DNA of 17,942 nt from Octopus sinensis (taxonomy: Eukaryota): assembly GCF_006345805.1 (NCBI RefSeq), contig NW_021824545.1, positions 1 to 17,942 of the forward strand, in the 5' to 3' direction. Under the pieces are notes generated by a model. The model saw only the letters and a program-made list of their open reading frames with translations. It ran no database searches and had not been told where the DNA came from. Made by a program: the position numbers and the translations under genes. Each line of letters starts with the position of its first letter. Position 1 is the first letter of the stretch. Below are positions 6,581 through 17,195 of this stretch, piece by piece.

Positions 6581-9450
6581 GTCATAGCCAGAAGCACAGT
6601 CTAGGGCTTGTGACAGGATACGACCTAGTGACTGCTCAGGTAGTGGTCTAGTCATAGCCAGAATTACAGTTTAGTGCTTGTGACAGTATACGACCTAGTG
6701 ACAGCTCAGGTAGTGGTCTAGTCATAGCCAGAAGTACAGTCTAGGTATTGTGACAGGATACGACCTAGTGACAGCTCAGGTAGTGGTCTAGTCATAGCCA
6801 GATGCACAGTCTATGGATTGTGACAGGATACGAACTAGTGGCTGCTCAGGTAGTGGTCTAGTCATAGCCAGAAGTACAGTCTAGGAATTGTGACAGGATA
6901 CGAACTAGTGACAGCGCAAGTAGTGGTCTAGTCATAGCCAGAAGTACAGTCTAGGGTTTGTGACAGGATACGAACTAGTGACTGCTCAGGTAGTGGTCTA
7001 GTCATAGCCAGAATTACAGTTTAGTGCTTGTGACAGGATACGACCTAGTGACTGCTCAGGTAGTGGTCTAGTCATAGCCAGAAGCACAGTCTAGGGCTTG
7101 TGACAGGATACGACCTAGTGACTGCTCAGGTAGTGGTCTAGTCATAACCAGAAGCACAGTCTAGGGATTGTAACAGGATACGACCTAGTGACAGCTCAGG
7201 TAGTGGTCTAGTCATAACCAGAAGCACAGTCTAGGTTTTGTGACAGGATACGACCTAGTGACTGCTCAGGTAGTGGTCTAGTCATAACCAGAAGCACAGT
7301 CTAGGGTTTGTGACAGGATACGACCTAGTGACTGCTCAGGTAGTGGTCTAGTCATAACCAGAAGCACAGTCTAGGGATTGTGACAGGATACGACCTAGTG
7401 ACTGCTCAGGTAGTGGTCTAGTCATAACCAGAAGCACAGTCTAGGGATTGTAACAGAATACGACCTAGTGACAGCTCAGGTAGTGGTCTAGTCATAGCCA
7501 GAAGCACAGTCTAGGGCTTGTGACAGGATATGACCTAGTGACTGCCCAGGTAGTGGTCTAGTCATAGCCAGATGCACAGTCTAGGGCTTGTGACAGGATA
7601 CGACCTAGCGACTGCTCAGGTAGTGGTCTAGTCATAGCCAGAAGTACAGTCTAGGGATTGTAACAGGATACGACCTAGTGACAGCTCAGGTAGTGGTCTA
7701 GTCATAACCAGAAGCACAGTCTAGGGTTTGTGACAGGATACGACCTAGTGACTGCTCAGGTAGTGGTCTAGTCATAACCAGAAGCACAGTCTAGGGTTTG
7801 TGACAGGATACGACCCAGTGACTGCTCAGGTAGTGGTCTAGTCATAGCCAGAAGCACAGTCTAGGGCTTGTGACAGGATATGACCTAGTGACTGCCCAGG
7901 TAGTGGTCTAGTCATAGCCAGAAGCACAGTCTAGGGATTGTAACAGGATACGACCTAGTGACAGCTCAGGTAGTGGTCTAGTCATAGCCAGAAGTACAGT
8001 CTAGGGATTATAACAGGATACGACCTAGTGGCAGCTCAGGTAGTGGTCTAGTCATAACCAGAAGCACAGTCTAGGGCTTGTGATTGGATACGACCTAGTG
8101 ACTGCTCAGGTAGTGGTCTAGTCATAACCAGAAGTACAGTCTAGTGCTTGTGACAGGATACGACCTAGTGACAGCTCAGGTAGTGGTCTAGTCATAGCCA
8201 GAAGTACAGTCTAGGGATTGTAACAGGATACGACTTAGTGACAGCTCATGTAGTGGTCTAGTCATAACCAGAAGTACAGTCTAGTGCTTGTGACAGGATA
8301 CGACCTAGTGACAGCTCAGGTAGTGGTCTAGTCATAGCCAGAAGTACAGTCTAGGGCTTGTGATTGGATACGACCTAGTGACAGCTCAGGTAGTGGTCTA
8401 GTCATAACCAGAAGTACAGTCTAGTGCTTGTGACAGGATACGACCTAGTGACAGCTCAGTTAGTGGTCTAGTCATAGCCAGAAGTACAGTCTAGGGATCG
8501 TAACAGGATACGACCTAGTGACAGCTCAGGTAGTGGTTTTGTCATAGCCAGAGTTACAGTCTAGGGCTTGTGACAGGATACGTTCTAGTGACTGCTCAGG
8601 TAGTGGTCTAGTCATAGCCAGAAGTACAGTCTAGGGATCGTAACAGGATACGACCTAGTGACAGCTCAGGTAGTGGTCTAGTCATAGCCAGAAGCAAAGT
8701 CTAGGGCTTGTGACAGGATACGACCTAGTGACAGCTCAGGTAGTGGTCTAGTCATAGCCAGAAGTACAGTCCAGGGATCGTAACAGGATACGACCTAGTG
8801 ACAGCTCAGGTAGTGGTCTAGTCATAGCCAGAGTTACAGTCTAGGGCTTGTGAAAGGATACGTCCTAGTGACTGCTCAGGTAGTGGTCTAGTCATAGCCA
8901 GAAGTACAGTCTAGGGATCGTAACAGGATACGACCTAGTGACAGCTCAGGTAGTGGTCTAGTCATAGCCAGAGTTACAGTCTAGGGCTTGTGACAGGACA
9001 CGACTTAGTGACAGCTCAGGTAGCGGTCTAGTCATAGCCAGAAGCACAGTCTAGGGCTTGTGACAGGATACGACTTAGTGACTGCTCAGGTAGCGGTCTA
9101 GTCATAGCCAGACTCACAGTCTAGCGCTTGTGACAGGATACGACTTAGTGACAGCTCAGGTAGTGGTCTAGTCATAGCCAGAAGCATAGTCTAGGGCTTG
9201 TGACAGGATACGACCTAGTGATAGCTCAGCTAGCGGTCTAGTCATAGCCAGAATCACAGTCTAGGGCTTGTAACAGGATACGACCTAGTGATAGCTCAGG
9301 TAGTTGTCTAGTCATAGTCAGAAGCACAGTCTAGGGCTTGTGACAGGATACGACCTAATGATAGCTCAGCTAGCGGTCTAGACATAGCCAGAATCACAGT
9401 CTAGTGCTTGTGACAGGATATGACCTAGTGACTGCTCAAGTAGTGGTCTA
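6581..9450. repeat. 70-bp tandem array (minisatellite), 41 copies
   Basis: Unit GTCATAGCCAGAAGCACAGTCTAGGGCTTGTGACAGGATACGACCTAGTGACTGCTCAGGTAGTGGTCTA; 2870 bp = 41 x 70 with register preserved throughout; substitutions only. Confidence 0.98.
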
Positions 9451-10192
9451 CTACCCTATACACTTGACTATCTGACTACCAAGTGGAATTTATCTATTGC
9501 TTTTTTATCCATCTTATGCCGTCATTTAGAGTCTGTAGGGTATATATACAGGCCAAGTAGGGTATCTCTACGCAGAATCTCGATTTTTAGCATGTAGTAG
9601 CTATGTTTCACTAAAATCACATCATACTGTTTTCACAAGGAAAGACTGGTTAAATAACCCGAAGAAGACTCCTCCTCAGGGTATGTATCTGTTTAATCAT
9701 ACATCTGCTCAATCAGGTTTGACCAAGGGTTACACAATAGAAACAACAATATATGGAATTAAGTTAATTGAATAACCCTACATTAATAGTAATGATTTAT
9801 TTGGAATAGACGTTGTGAAATGAATTACTGGTGTTTATTTTGTCGAAATGATATTGAGATACGATTGTGTATGAGACGAGAAGCCTAGGGACAAGTGATA
9901 TGTCGCACGAACTTCGTTGTGTCCATGTTTCAGACATGTGACATAACCATCTGCAGCCCACTTTACCGAGCCGTAAGCATCAGAGTGTAGGGTGCTGTAA
10001 GTCTCATGGATGAGTCTATTTAACTCTCAGTAAGTATACAAGATGGTATAGTTCCCTACTGCAAGCAATAGGAGAGCACTGACAAGAGATTCTTTGCTGT
10101 TTAGCCACGATAAAGTAACCACCGAGCAGATTTATGATCAAAGGCATTTCAGTTATGAAACCAATATTGCCTAGTGCAATAGTCAGCGCGAA

Positions 10193-10547
10193 AGTGGAGG
10201 CGCAATGGCCCAGTGGTTAGGGCAGCGGACTCGCGGTCGTAGGATCGCGGTTTCGATTCCCAGACCGGGCGTTGTGAGTGTTTATTGAGCGAAAACACCT
10301 AAAAGCTCCACGAGTACTCTTTCACCACAACTTTCTCTCACGCTTACTTCCTGTTTCTGTTGTAGCTGTATTTCAAAGGGCCGGCCTTGTCACTCTCTGT
10401 GTCACGCTGAATATCCCCGAGAACTACGTTAAGGGTACACGTGTCTGTGGAGTGCTCAGCCACTTACACGTTAATTTCACGAGCAGGCTGTTCCGTTGAT
10501 CGGATCAACCGGAACCCTCGTCGTCGTGACCGACGGAGTGCTCCTAC
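10193..10547 (+). mobile_element. tRNA(Arg-like)-derived SINE (family C) with 12-bp TSD and a 31-bp internal deletion
   Basis: GTGGAGGCGCAATGGCCCAGTGGTTAGGGCAGCGGACTCGCGGTCGTAGGATCGCGGTTTCGATTCCC head; TSD AGTCAGCGCGAA at 10181-10192 and 10548-10559. Confidence 0.92.
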
Positions 10548-10688
10548 AGTCAGCGCGAACGCCTCGGTAATATTCTGGCCAGATATATGCCATAGCAAAA
10601 AATATACAGCTTCACGATATACATCTATAAACCGTTCTATTTCTCTTTTAGAGCGTGAATTTTCGTGACTTATGGACAAGCAACTGAA

Positions 10689-10697
10689 GTATGTGTA

Positions 10698-10729
<32 letters not shown>

Positions 10730-10826
10730 TGTATGTCTGTGTGTGTGTGTGTGTGGTGTACATACATAGACATGTGTACACATACGTGTGTGCATGTATG
10801 CATGTAAACACACACACACATATACA
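10689..10826. repeat. (TG)n/(CA)n microsatellite
   Basis: Directly visible. Confidence 0.92.
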
Positions 10827-10936
10827 TCAAAGCGATGACTAATGTTAGATCCGGAGGAAAATGGTGTTTACAGAAGGAAGCTATTTTAATATTTTAGGAA
10901 ATGCTTAGCTTTATTTATTCCATATATTTTCTGAAA

Positions 10937-10943
10937 TATATAT

Positions 10944-10985
<42 letters not shown>
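10937..10985. repeat. (TA)n microsatellite
   Basis: Directly visible. Confidence 0.95.
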
Positions 10986-10988
<3 letters not shown>

Positions 10989-13284
10989 TTCTTTATTTAT
11001 TGATATTTCATTTTATTTTAGAATTCTTATTTTAGAAATTTTTTGTAGATGGTTCTAAATTCTGAAGAATATATTTACATTAGATAAAAAGAAAGTGAAC
11101 GTAAAAAAAAGGAAAAAATAAAAAGTAAAGCAAGGCAAAGTTTCTTTGAGAGAAATTTTCGTCGCGAATGTCTTTGAAATTTTCTAACAACTTCTATATC
11201 GTGTATATTCTTTTAATCTTTGTGTATTTCAAAATATTTTAATGACCATAGCTTTAGTACCATCGCTTGGTGCTTATCTCCAAGACACAAGAGAAATATT
11301 TCCATGGATATAATGCCACTCACGTTGCCGAGAATATGTTAAATCCGCACTGCAAACAAAGAATATGACTCTGCATTTTATTGTGTTTGTACTGTATTCG
11401 TGATCGTCGTTTATCTTCAGATTATAGTCTACACACAGAGTAGAGAACATGTTACACCACTATTCTTTTTCTGTCTTAGTTATTTTCAGTCATTCAGATT
11501 TCCCTTTGGTACAGGTCGCTTTTGCGGATGGACTACGCTCACTAAGTGATTTTTTTGACCAATCAACCATCGCAGTTTTCGTGTTCCTTGTTTTGGCGCC
11601 GAAAATTACACAGCTGGTTAAAAATAGCTGCTGAAACATTTCAGCCAATAAATAACACAGGCATTCTAGTTAACAAACAAGAATCGTTTCGTTGCCAGCA
11701 GACCATTTTCAGGGCTGTGAGGGACATCATCCTTTCCCTTTCGATGGTCATCTAACTTTACTGGTATCACTACGACCAGACTACAACAGACCGTTACCGT
11801 TCAGTTCTTTTCAAAATTCATACCGTTCTCACAACCAGTTACCGTCTGTGTTGATACTCAACAATATAAAATGTTGTTCTAAACATGATCTCAATGATAA
11901 CCATCTCGTTTCGAACGAATGAACGCGAGCGTAACTACCAAGTCGAAAGAGCAGCTTTCTCTCAAACGCAACGACAGTACAGCTCGAAAAACTATTCGCT
12001 GAATAATAACGGTTCAGGTATTACTTGCTCGCGATATAAACACGTTCACTTATTTTGTATTATTTTTAATTGTGAAGGTGCGTTGTTTAGTCGCTCGGCG
12101 TGTTTAGTTCACGGTCGTAAGATTCCTGGTCGCATTGCACTCTCGAGAAAGACACTTCACTTTGCATTAATCTAGTCAACTCAACAGCTGTAAATGGATA
12201 CCAGTCAACTGCTGGAGTAGACTCCTTCTTTCTCCGCTGGGTGAAAGATGAAGGATCAAGTGGGTGTCTATGTATGACCACGACAACATAGGCACTTAAA
12301 ACAATTAGCAAAAAAGCATGGTGCATGTGATAACCCATACTTGATCCCGAGTAAGTCTGTTCCGTTTGAAAACTGACACTAGTTTACCATTGTCTTTCTG
12401 TTGATTTCTGTTTAGAGTAGCAAACATTATCGTCAATTTGTTTACAATTGCCGTACTGTGTTGAAATGTAAATAAATTTTCTGATAAATGACACAAGCTT
12501 CTACGCGGCTACAGATGCAACCCACTCGTGCACATATTCAAGTTCTGTAAACCACATGGTAGCGAATTCTGTGTTTGTAACATTATGGTACACCAATAAT
12601 TTTTTTTCATTTTGATTGTTACTTTTTACTTCCTGGCTCTGGTACCCATGAGATTTGCAAATCCACAGAGACCGGTGATATTGATTCTTTGACTGATGCT
12701 TTTAATGCTCCGTTTAAATTGTTGCAAGTCGACACATGTAAGCAGAACACGAGCAGAGAACAGACTCTGAAGGACCGAGGTTCTGGGGTGGAGGGAATGG
12801 TCGTAGTGGTTAGTGTGGTTCCTGGGTGGGGTTGGACGCAACAAAGATGAAAACGGGGACTGGGTCGCGAATGCACGAATGGAGGAAGAACAAAAGAGCC
12901 AACTTGAAGGAACAGACAATGGCAAGAGACTGTTCAGAGACTGGAAGGTGGAATTTATCTGAATGCGGTCTAGGTTGTCAGCATTTACAGTAGTACTGTC
13001 CTAGATGTGGGAGCAATACTCCATTGTAGGAACAATACTTTATTGAACTTTGTTAGGTGTCAGTTATTGATGAACATTGAAGTATTTTGTATGATGAGGA
13101 GGGTCAGTCTTCACCGAAAATAGGAATTAAAATATAAACTGTCGTAGCCAAACCGTATCCGCTTTTCCCGCTTGCGCTCTGAAAATGAACAGAACTCCCT
13201 ATAATCCCAAAACACACTGAACGGTTTAGAAAGTACGTGTTTTGCCTCACACACCGTTTTCTACATGATAAAGCAGTACATGTC

Positions 13285-13623
13285 GGAGAAGGCACATGGC
13301 TCAGTGGTTAGAGCGTCGAGCTTACGATCGTGAGGGTGTGAGCTCGAATCCCGGACCAGGCTGCGTGTTGTGTTCTTGAGCAAGACACTTATTTCACGTT
13401 GCTCCAGTTCATTCAGCTGTAAAAATGAGTTGCGACGTCACAGATGCCAAGCTGTATCGGCCCCTTTGCCTTTCCCTTGGATAACACTGGTGGCGTGGAG
13501 AGGGGAGGTCGGTATGCATGGGCGACTGCTGGTCTTCCATAAACCACCTTGCCCATACTTGTGACTAGGAGGGTAACTTTCTAGGTGCAATCCCATGGTC
13601 AGTGTCGTGACCGAAGGGGGTCA
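13285..13623 (+). mobile_element. tRNA-derived SINE (family D) with 7-bp TSD
   Basis: A-box TGGCTCAGTGGTTAGAGC, B-box-like GAGCTCGAATCCC, central GTGTTCTTGAGCAAGACACTT typical of SINE bodies; ACATGTC at 13278-13284 and 13624-13630. Confidence 0.85.
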
Positions 13624-13875
13624 ACATGTCAGAGAGCATAATGCCATTCTCAGTTAGGCTGAGAAACGGTGTGTTTGTTGCACGGTGACTGGAGCCAGCC
13701 CATCGACGTGTGTTATATTTCATCGAGAAAATCGAGAAAATGCAAGAAGTCCTTATTATTGAACGCACGCTAATAATAAATTAGTCTGCTACGTGTAATA
13801 AGAGTGTTCCGTAATGGCGAACAACGGTGACAGATCTGGGTGCGCTCGGCCATTTGCAAACACAGAAATGTGTCC

Positions 13876-14528
13876 ATATATACATGTGTGTGTGTGTATG
13901 CATGTGTGTACGCGTGTGTGTGCGTGCGTACGTGTGTGTGTGTGTGTGTGTGAATGTCTAAGTATGTATGTATACATATATATGTATATGTATATATACA
14001 CACAAAAATGCATTCATGCACACACAAACATAAATAAACACTTATGAATGTACATGTGTATGTATATGTATGTATGTATGTATGTATGTGTGTATGTGTG
14101 TATGTATGTATGTGTGTATGTATGTATGTGTGTATGTATGTATGTATGTATGTATGTATGTATGTATGTATGTATGTATGTATGTATGTGTGTATGTGTG
14201 TGCATGTATGTATGTATGTATGTGTGTATGTGTGTGTATGTATGTATGTATGTGTGTGTATGTGTGTGTGTATATATATGTATGTATGTATGTGTGTGTA
14301 TGTATGTATGTATGTATGTATGTGTGTATGTGTGTGTATGTATGTATGTGTGTATGTACGTACGTACGTACGTATGTATGTATGTATGTATGTATGTATG
14401 TATGTATGTATGTATGTATGTATGTGTGTATGTGTGTGTATGTATGTATGTATGTATGTATGTATGTATGTGTGTATGTATGTATGTATGTTTGTATGTA
14501 TGTATGTATGTATGTATGTATGTATGTA

Positions 14529-14563
<35 letters not shown>

Positions 14564-14763
14564 GTATGTGTGTGTATGTATGTATGTATGTGTGTATATG
14601 TGTGTGTGTATATATATGTATGTATGTATGTGTGTGTATGTATGTATGTGTGTATGTATGTATGTATGTATGTATGTGTGTATGTGTGTGTATGTATGTA
14701 TGTATGATGTATGTATGTATGTATTATGTATGTATGTATGTATGTATGTATGTATGTATGTAT
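13876..14763. repeat. (TG)n plus long (TATG)n microsatellite (main tract ~14045-14763)
   Basis: Directly visible; source of the YVCM/HTYI ORFs. Confidence 0.97.
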
Positions 14764-15460
14764 TTGAAAGCCTCCTCCACCCCGTCAAATTTTTTTACGA
14801 ATTTTTAATAAGACTGTACATAATATAAAGTGTAGAAGGAAATAAGTCGTCTGCTACGTAGATAGAATTTGTCATCTTCATTGCCTTTCAGCTACATTTA
14901 TTATCCTACGCTTACATAACTGGATGGGTGTTACCCTCTCATTCAGAAAACTCGCTTAGTTGGCAGTCAGATAAAACCCAGATATTTATTTCTTCTAAAA
15001 CAGGCATTTCCTTTCCATATCTTATATTTTCTTTCCTCGTCTACTTACTATTTATAGTAACTGGGCGGGTGGAATGACAGATAAACAGTAGAATGCCGAA
15101 CTAAATACCTTCCAGACACAACGTCCTCGTGGTGTTTAGCAGCATCTCTTCGTGTTCTGAGTTCGAATGCCATCTGGATCAACTTCACATTACGTCCTAC
15201 GGAGTTCGATAAAGTATCTCCTACCCAGTCAACTAATTGGATTGTTTTCCGCTGTATCTCTCCGTCAAGAAAATATGGTGTTTGTGCTAATTTTAGAAAA
15301 CAATATTACTCATAACGAGTGGTGTTGCGACAGCAAACATTACCTAGCTACGCTTAACATCAGTTCCGGGGGTCAATAAAATAAATTCTCAATCAAGGCA
15401 TGAGATTCACTCCATTACCAATTACCTCCCCTGCTCGAAAATTTGGAACTTGTACCGATA

Positions 15461-15827
15461 CAGGTTTCAAATTTTGGCAGAAGGAAAGCAATTTCAGAGA
15501 CGAGAATAAGTCGATTACATTAACTCCAGCGCTCAACTGATACGGCGAGCTGGCAGGAACGTTAGCACGCCGGGCGAAATGCATAGCCGTAATTCGTCTG
15601 CCGTTACGTTCTGAGTTCAAGTTCCGCCGAGGTCGACTTTACCTTTCATCCATTCGAGGTCGATAAATTAAGTACCAGTTATGCACTGGGGTCGATGTAA
15701 TCGACTTAATCCGTTTGTCTGTCCTTGCTTGTCCCCTCTGTGTTTAGCCCCTTGTGGGTAGTAAAGAAATAGATACTTATTTTATCGACCTCGAAATTAT
15801 GAAAGGCAAAGTCAAATTAGGCGGAAT
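15461..15827 (-). mobile_element. 5'-truncated family-A-related SINE, interrupted by 15544-15771
   Basis: AAGTCGATTACATTAACTCCAGCGCTCAACTGATAC continues as TTATTTTATCGACCTCGAAATTATGAAAGGCAAAGTC after the insert; flanked by AACTTGTACC(G/A)ATA at 15447-15460 and 15828-15841. Confidence 0.75.
15544..15771 (+). mobile_element. Family A SINE monomer nested in the previous element
   Basis: GGCGAGCTGGCAGGAACGTTAGCACGCCGGGCGAAATGC...GAGTTCAAGTTCCGCC...GTAGTAAAGAAATA; GATAC on both sides (15539-15543, 15772-15776). Confidence 0.87.
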
Positions 15828-16074
15828 AACTTGTACCAATATTAGAACTCAGTATTACTCATAACGTGTGGCGTTGCAGTTGCAGAAATATTAGTTAGAT
15901 ACGTATAGTTTCTTTTGAGGTTCAAATCTTACAGAAGTTAGATTTGCCTTTAACTCCTCTTTTCGGTAGATAAATATATTCCAGTCATGTTCTGGGAGTT
16001 TACTCATTCAGTTAAGTCTCTCAATTACTAATTCACAATCTGAAATAGATACCTAGAGCAATATTTACTTTGTC

Positions 16075-16466
16075 ATAAGGCTGGCAGAATCGTTAGCATG
16101 CCGGGCGAAATGCTTAGCCGTATTTCGTCTGTCGCTACGTTCTGAGTTCAAATTCCGCCGAGGTCGACTTTGCCTTTCATCCTTTCTGGGTCGATTAAAT
16201 AAGTACCAGTAACACACTGGGGTCGATATATTCGACTTAATGCGTTTGTCTGTTCTTGTTTGTCCTCCTCTGTGTTTAGCTCATTGTGGGTAGTAAAGAA
16301 ATAGGTATTTCGGCTGCCGCTACGTTTGGAGTTCAAATTCCGCCGAGATCGACTTTGCCTTTCATCCTTTCGGGGTCGATTAAAGAAGTACCAGGTGCGT
16401 ACTGGGGTCGATCTAATCGACTGGTCACTCCCTAAAATTTCGGGCCTTGTGCCTAGAGTAGAAAAG
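16075..16466 (+). mobile_element. Dimeric family A SINE with 15-bp TSD
   Basis: Two tandem bodies (~16075-16303 and ~16304-16466) with different tails; AATATT(T/C)ACTTTGTC at 16060-16074 and 16467-16481. Confidence 0.87.
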
Positions 16467-17101
16467 AATATTCACTTTGTCTGACGACGACTTATTCTAC
16501 TATTTTCCGCTAGTTACATATACTGCATGCATTTCTTCGGAATTGAAAACACCGTGTGTCACTGTAGCCATCGGCATAAAAGTGATCAGAATAGCCTGAG
16601 TGTAATAGAACATTATTGCTCAGAAGCAGTGCCCATGCACAGATTAAATCAGTAAATTTCTGTTAAAAAGAATGGCTAATTAAAAGTTCGACTTTTCTGG
16701 TCTCAGAGGACATACGAAAGTGATGGACACATACTACTATACGTCCATATGAAGACGAAACATTTGATTGGATGAAGTAATACACTCTCAAACAAGTCTA
16801 CAATTCGCATAAATTAGTGATTCTCCCACCCGCTTTAGTTCACGTTAAATACACGAGATCTTGCAAGGTCAATGTTCCGATCAGACTGAAGTGAAGAGCG
16901 GCGAATGGGGATGTTTAGCAATCATACCATACTATGAAATTGAGGATAATAATTAGACCTTTTATCTAACTCCCTATCCTTTTCAGGGGCTGCGTAGCCA
17001 TTTATACTGGAATGATAAATGCTTACTTTATCATCTTCCGGAGTGACATAAGCAAGGGACTGTTTAGAATACATGTACGCAAGTAAATGCGTATGAATAT
17101 G

Positions 17102-17104
<3 letters not shown>

Positions 17105-17132
<28 letters not shown>

Positions 17133-17164
17133 TCATACATACATACATACACACAGATACATAC

Positions 17165-17195
<31 letters not shown>

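Larger units (their letters stand above)
15062..16040 (+). mobile_element. Cluster of old, degenerate family-A-related SINE remnants hosting nested insertions
   Basis: Decayed matches such as GTTCTGAGTTCGAATGCC (~15153) and GAGGTTCAAATCTTACAGAAGTTAGATTTGCCTTT (~15917); duplicated block TATTACTCATAACG.GTGG.GTTGC at ~15304 and ~15853. Boundaries approximate. Confidence 0.55.

Noticed and set aside
6581-9450. CRISPR array
   Set aside because: No unique spacers: the whole 70-bp unit is repeated. No cas genes, and the context is eukaryotic.
6581-9450. Twister or hammerhead ribozyme in the array unit (minus strand has TGTCACAAGCCC and CTGAGCA)
   Set aside because: The twister-like word lacks the other conserved elements and is one of the most mutated parts of the unit; there is no CUGANGA/GAAA pair.
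10194-10270. Functional tRNA genes here and at 13285-13360
   Set aside because: tRNA-like heads run directly into SINE bodies flanked by TSDs; acceptor stems and T loops are imperfect.
5864-10499. Two near-identical 67-73 aa ORFs (5864-6067, 10278-10499) as paralogous genes
   Set aside because: Both lie inside copies of the same SINE.
13515-13600. HDV-like ribozyme in the SINE D 3' part (GGGCGA/TTGCCC pairing, CTAGGAGG-GTAA-CTTTCTAG hairpin)
   Set aside because: Structured, but I cannot place P3/L3, P1.1 or the catalytic C junction.
16820-16912. HDV/CPEB3-like words TTCACGT and GGCGAATGGG
   Set aside because: The required P1 and P3 pairings are not present; treated as chance.
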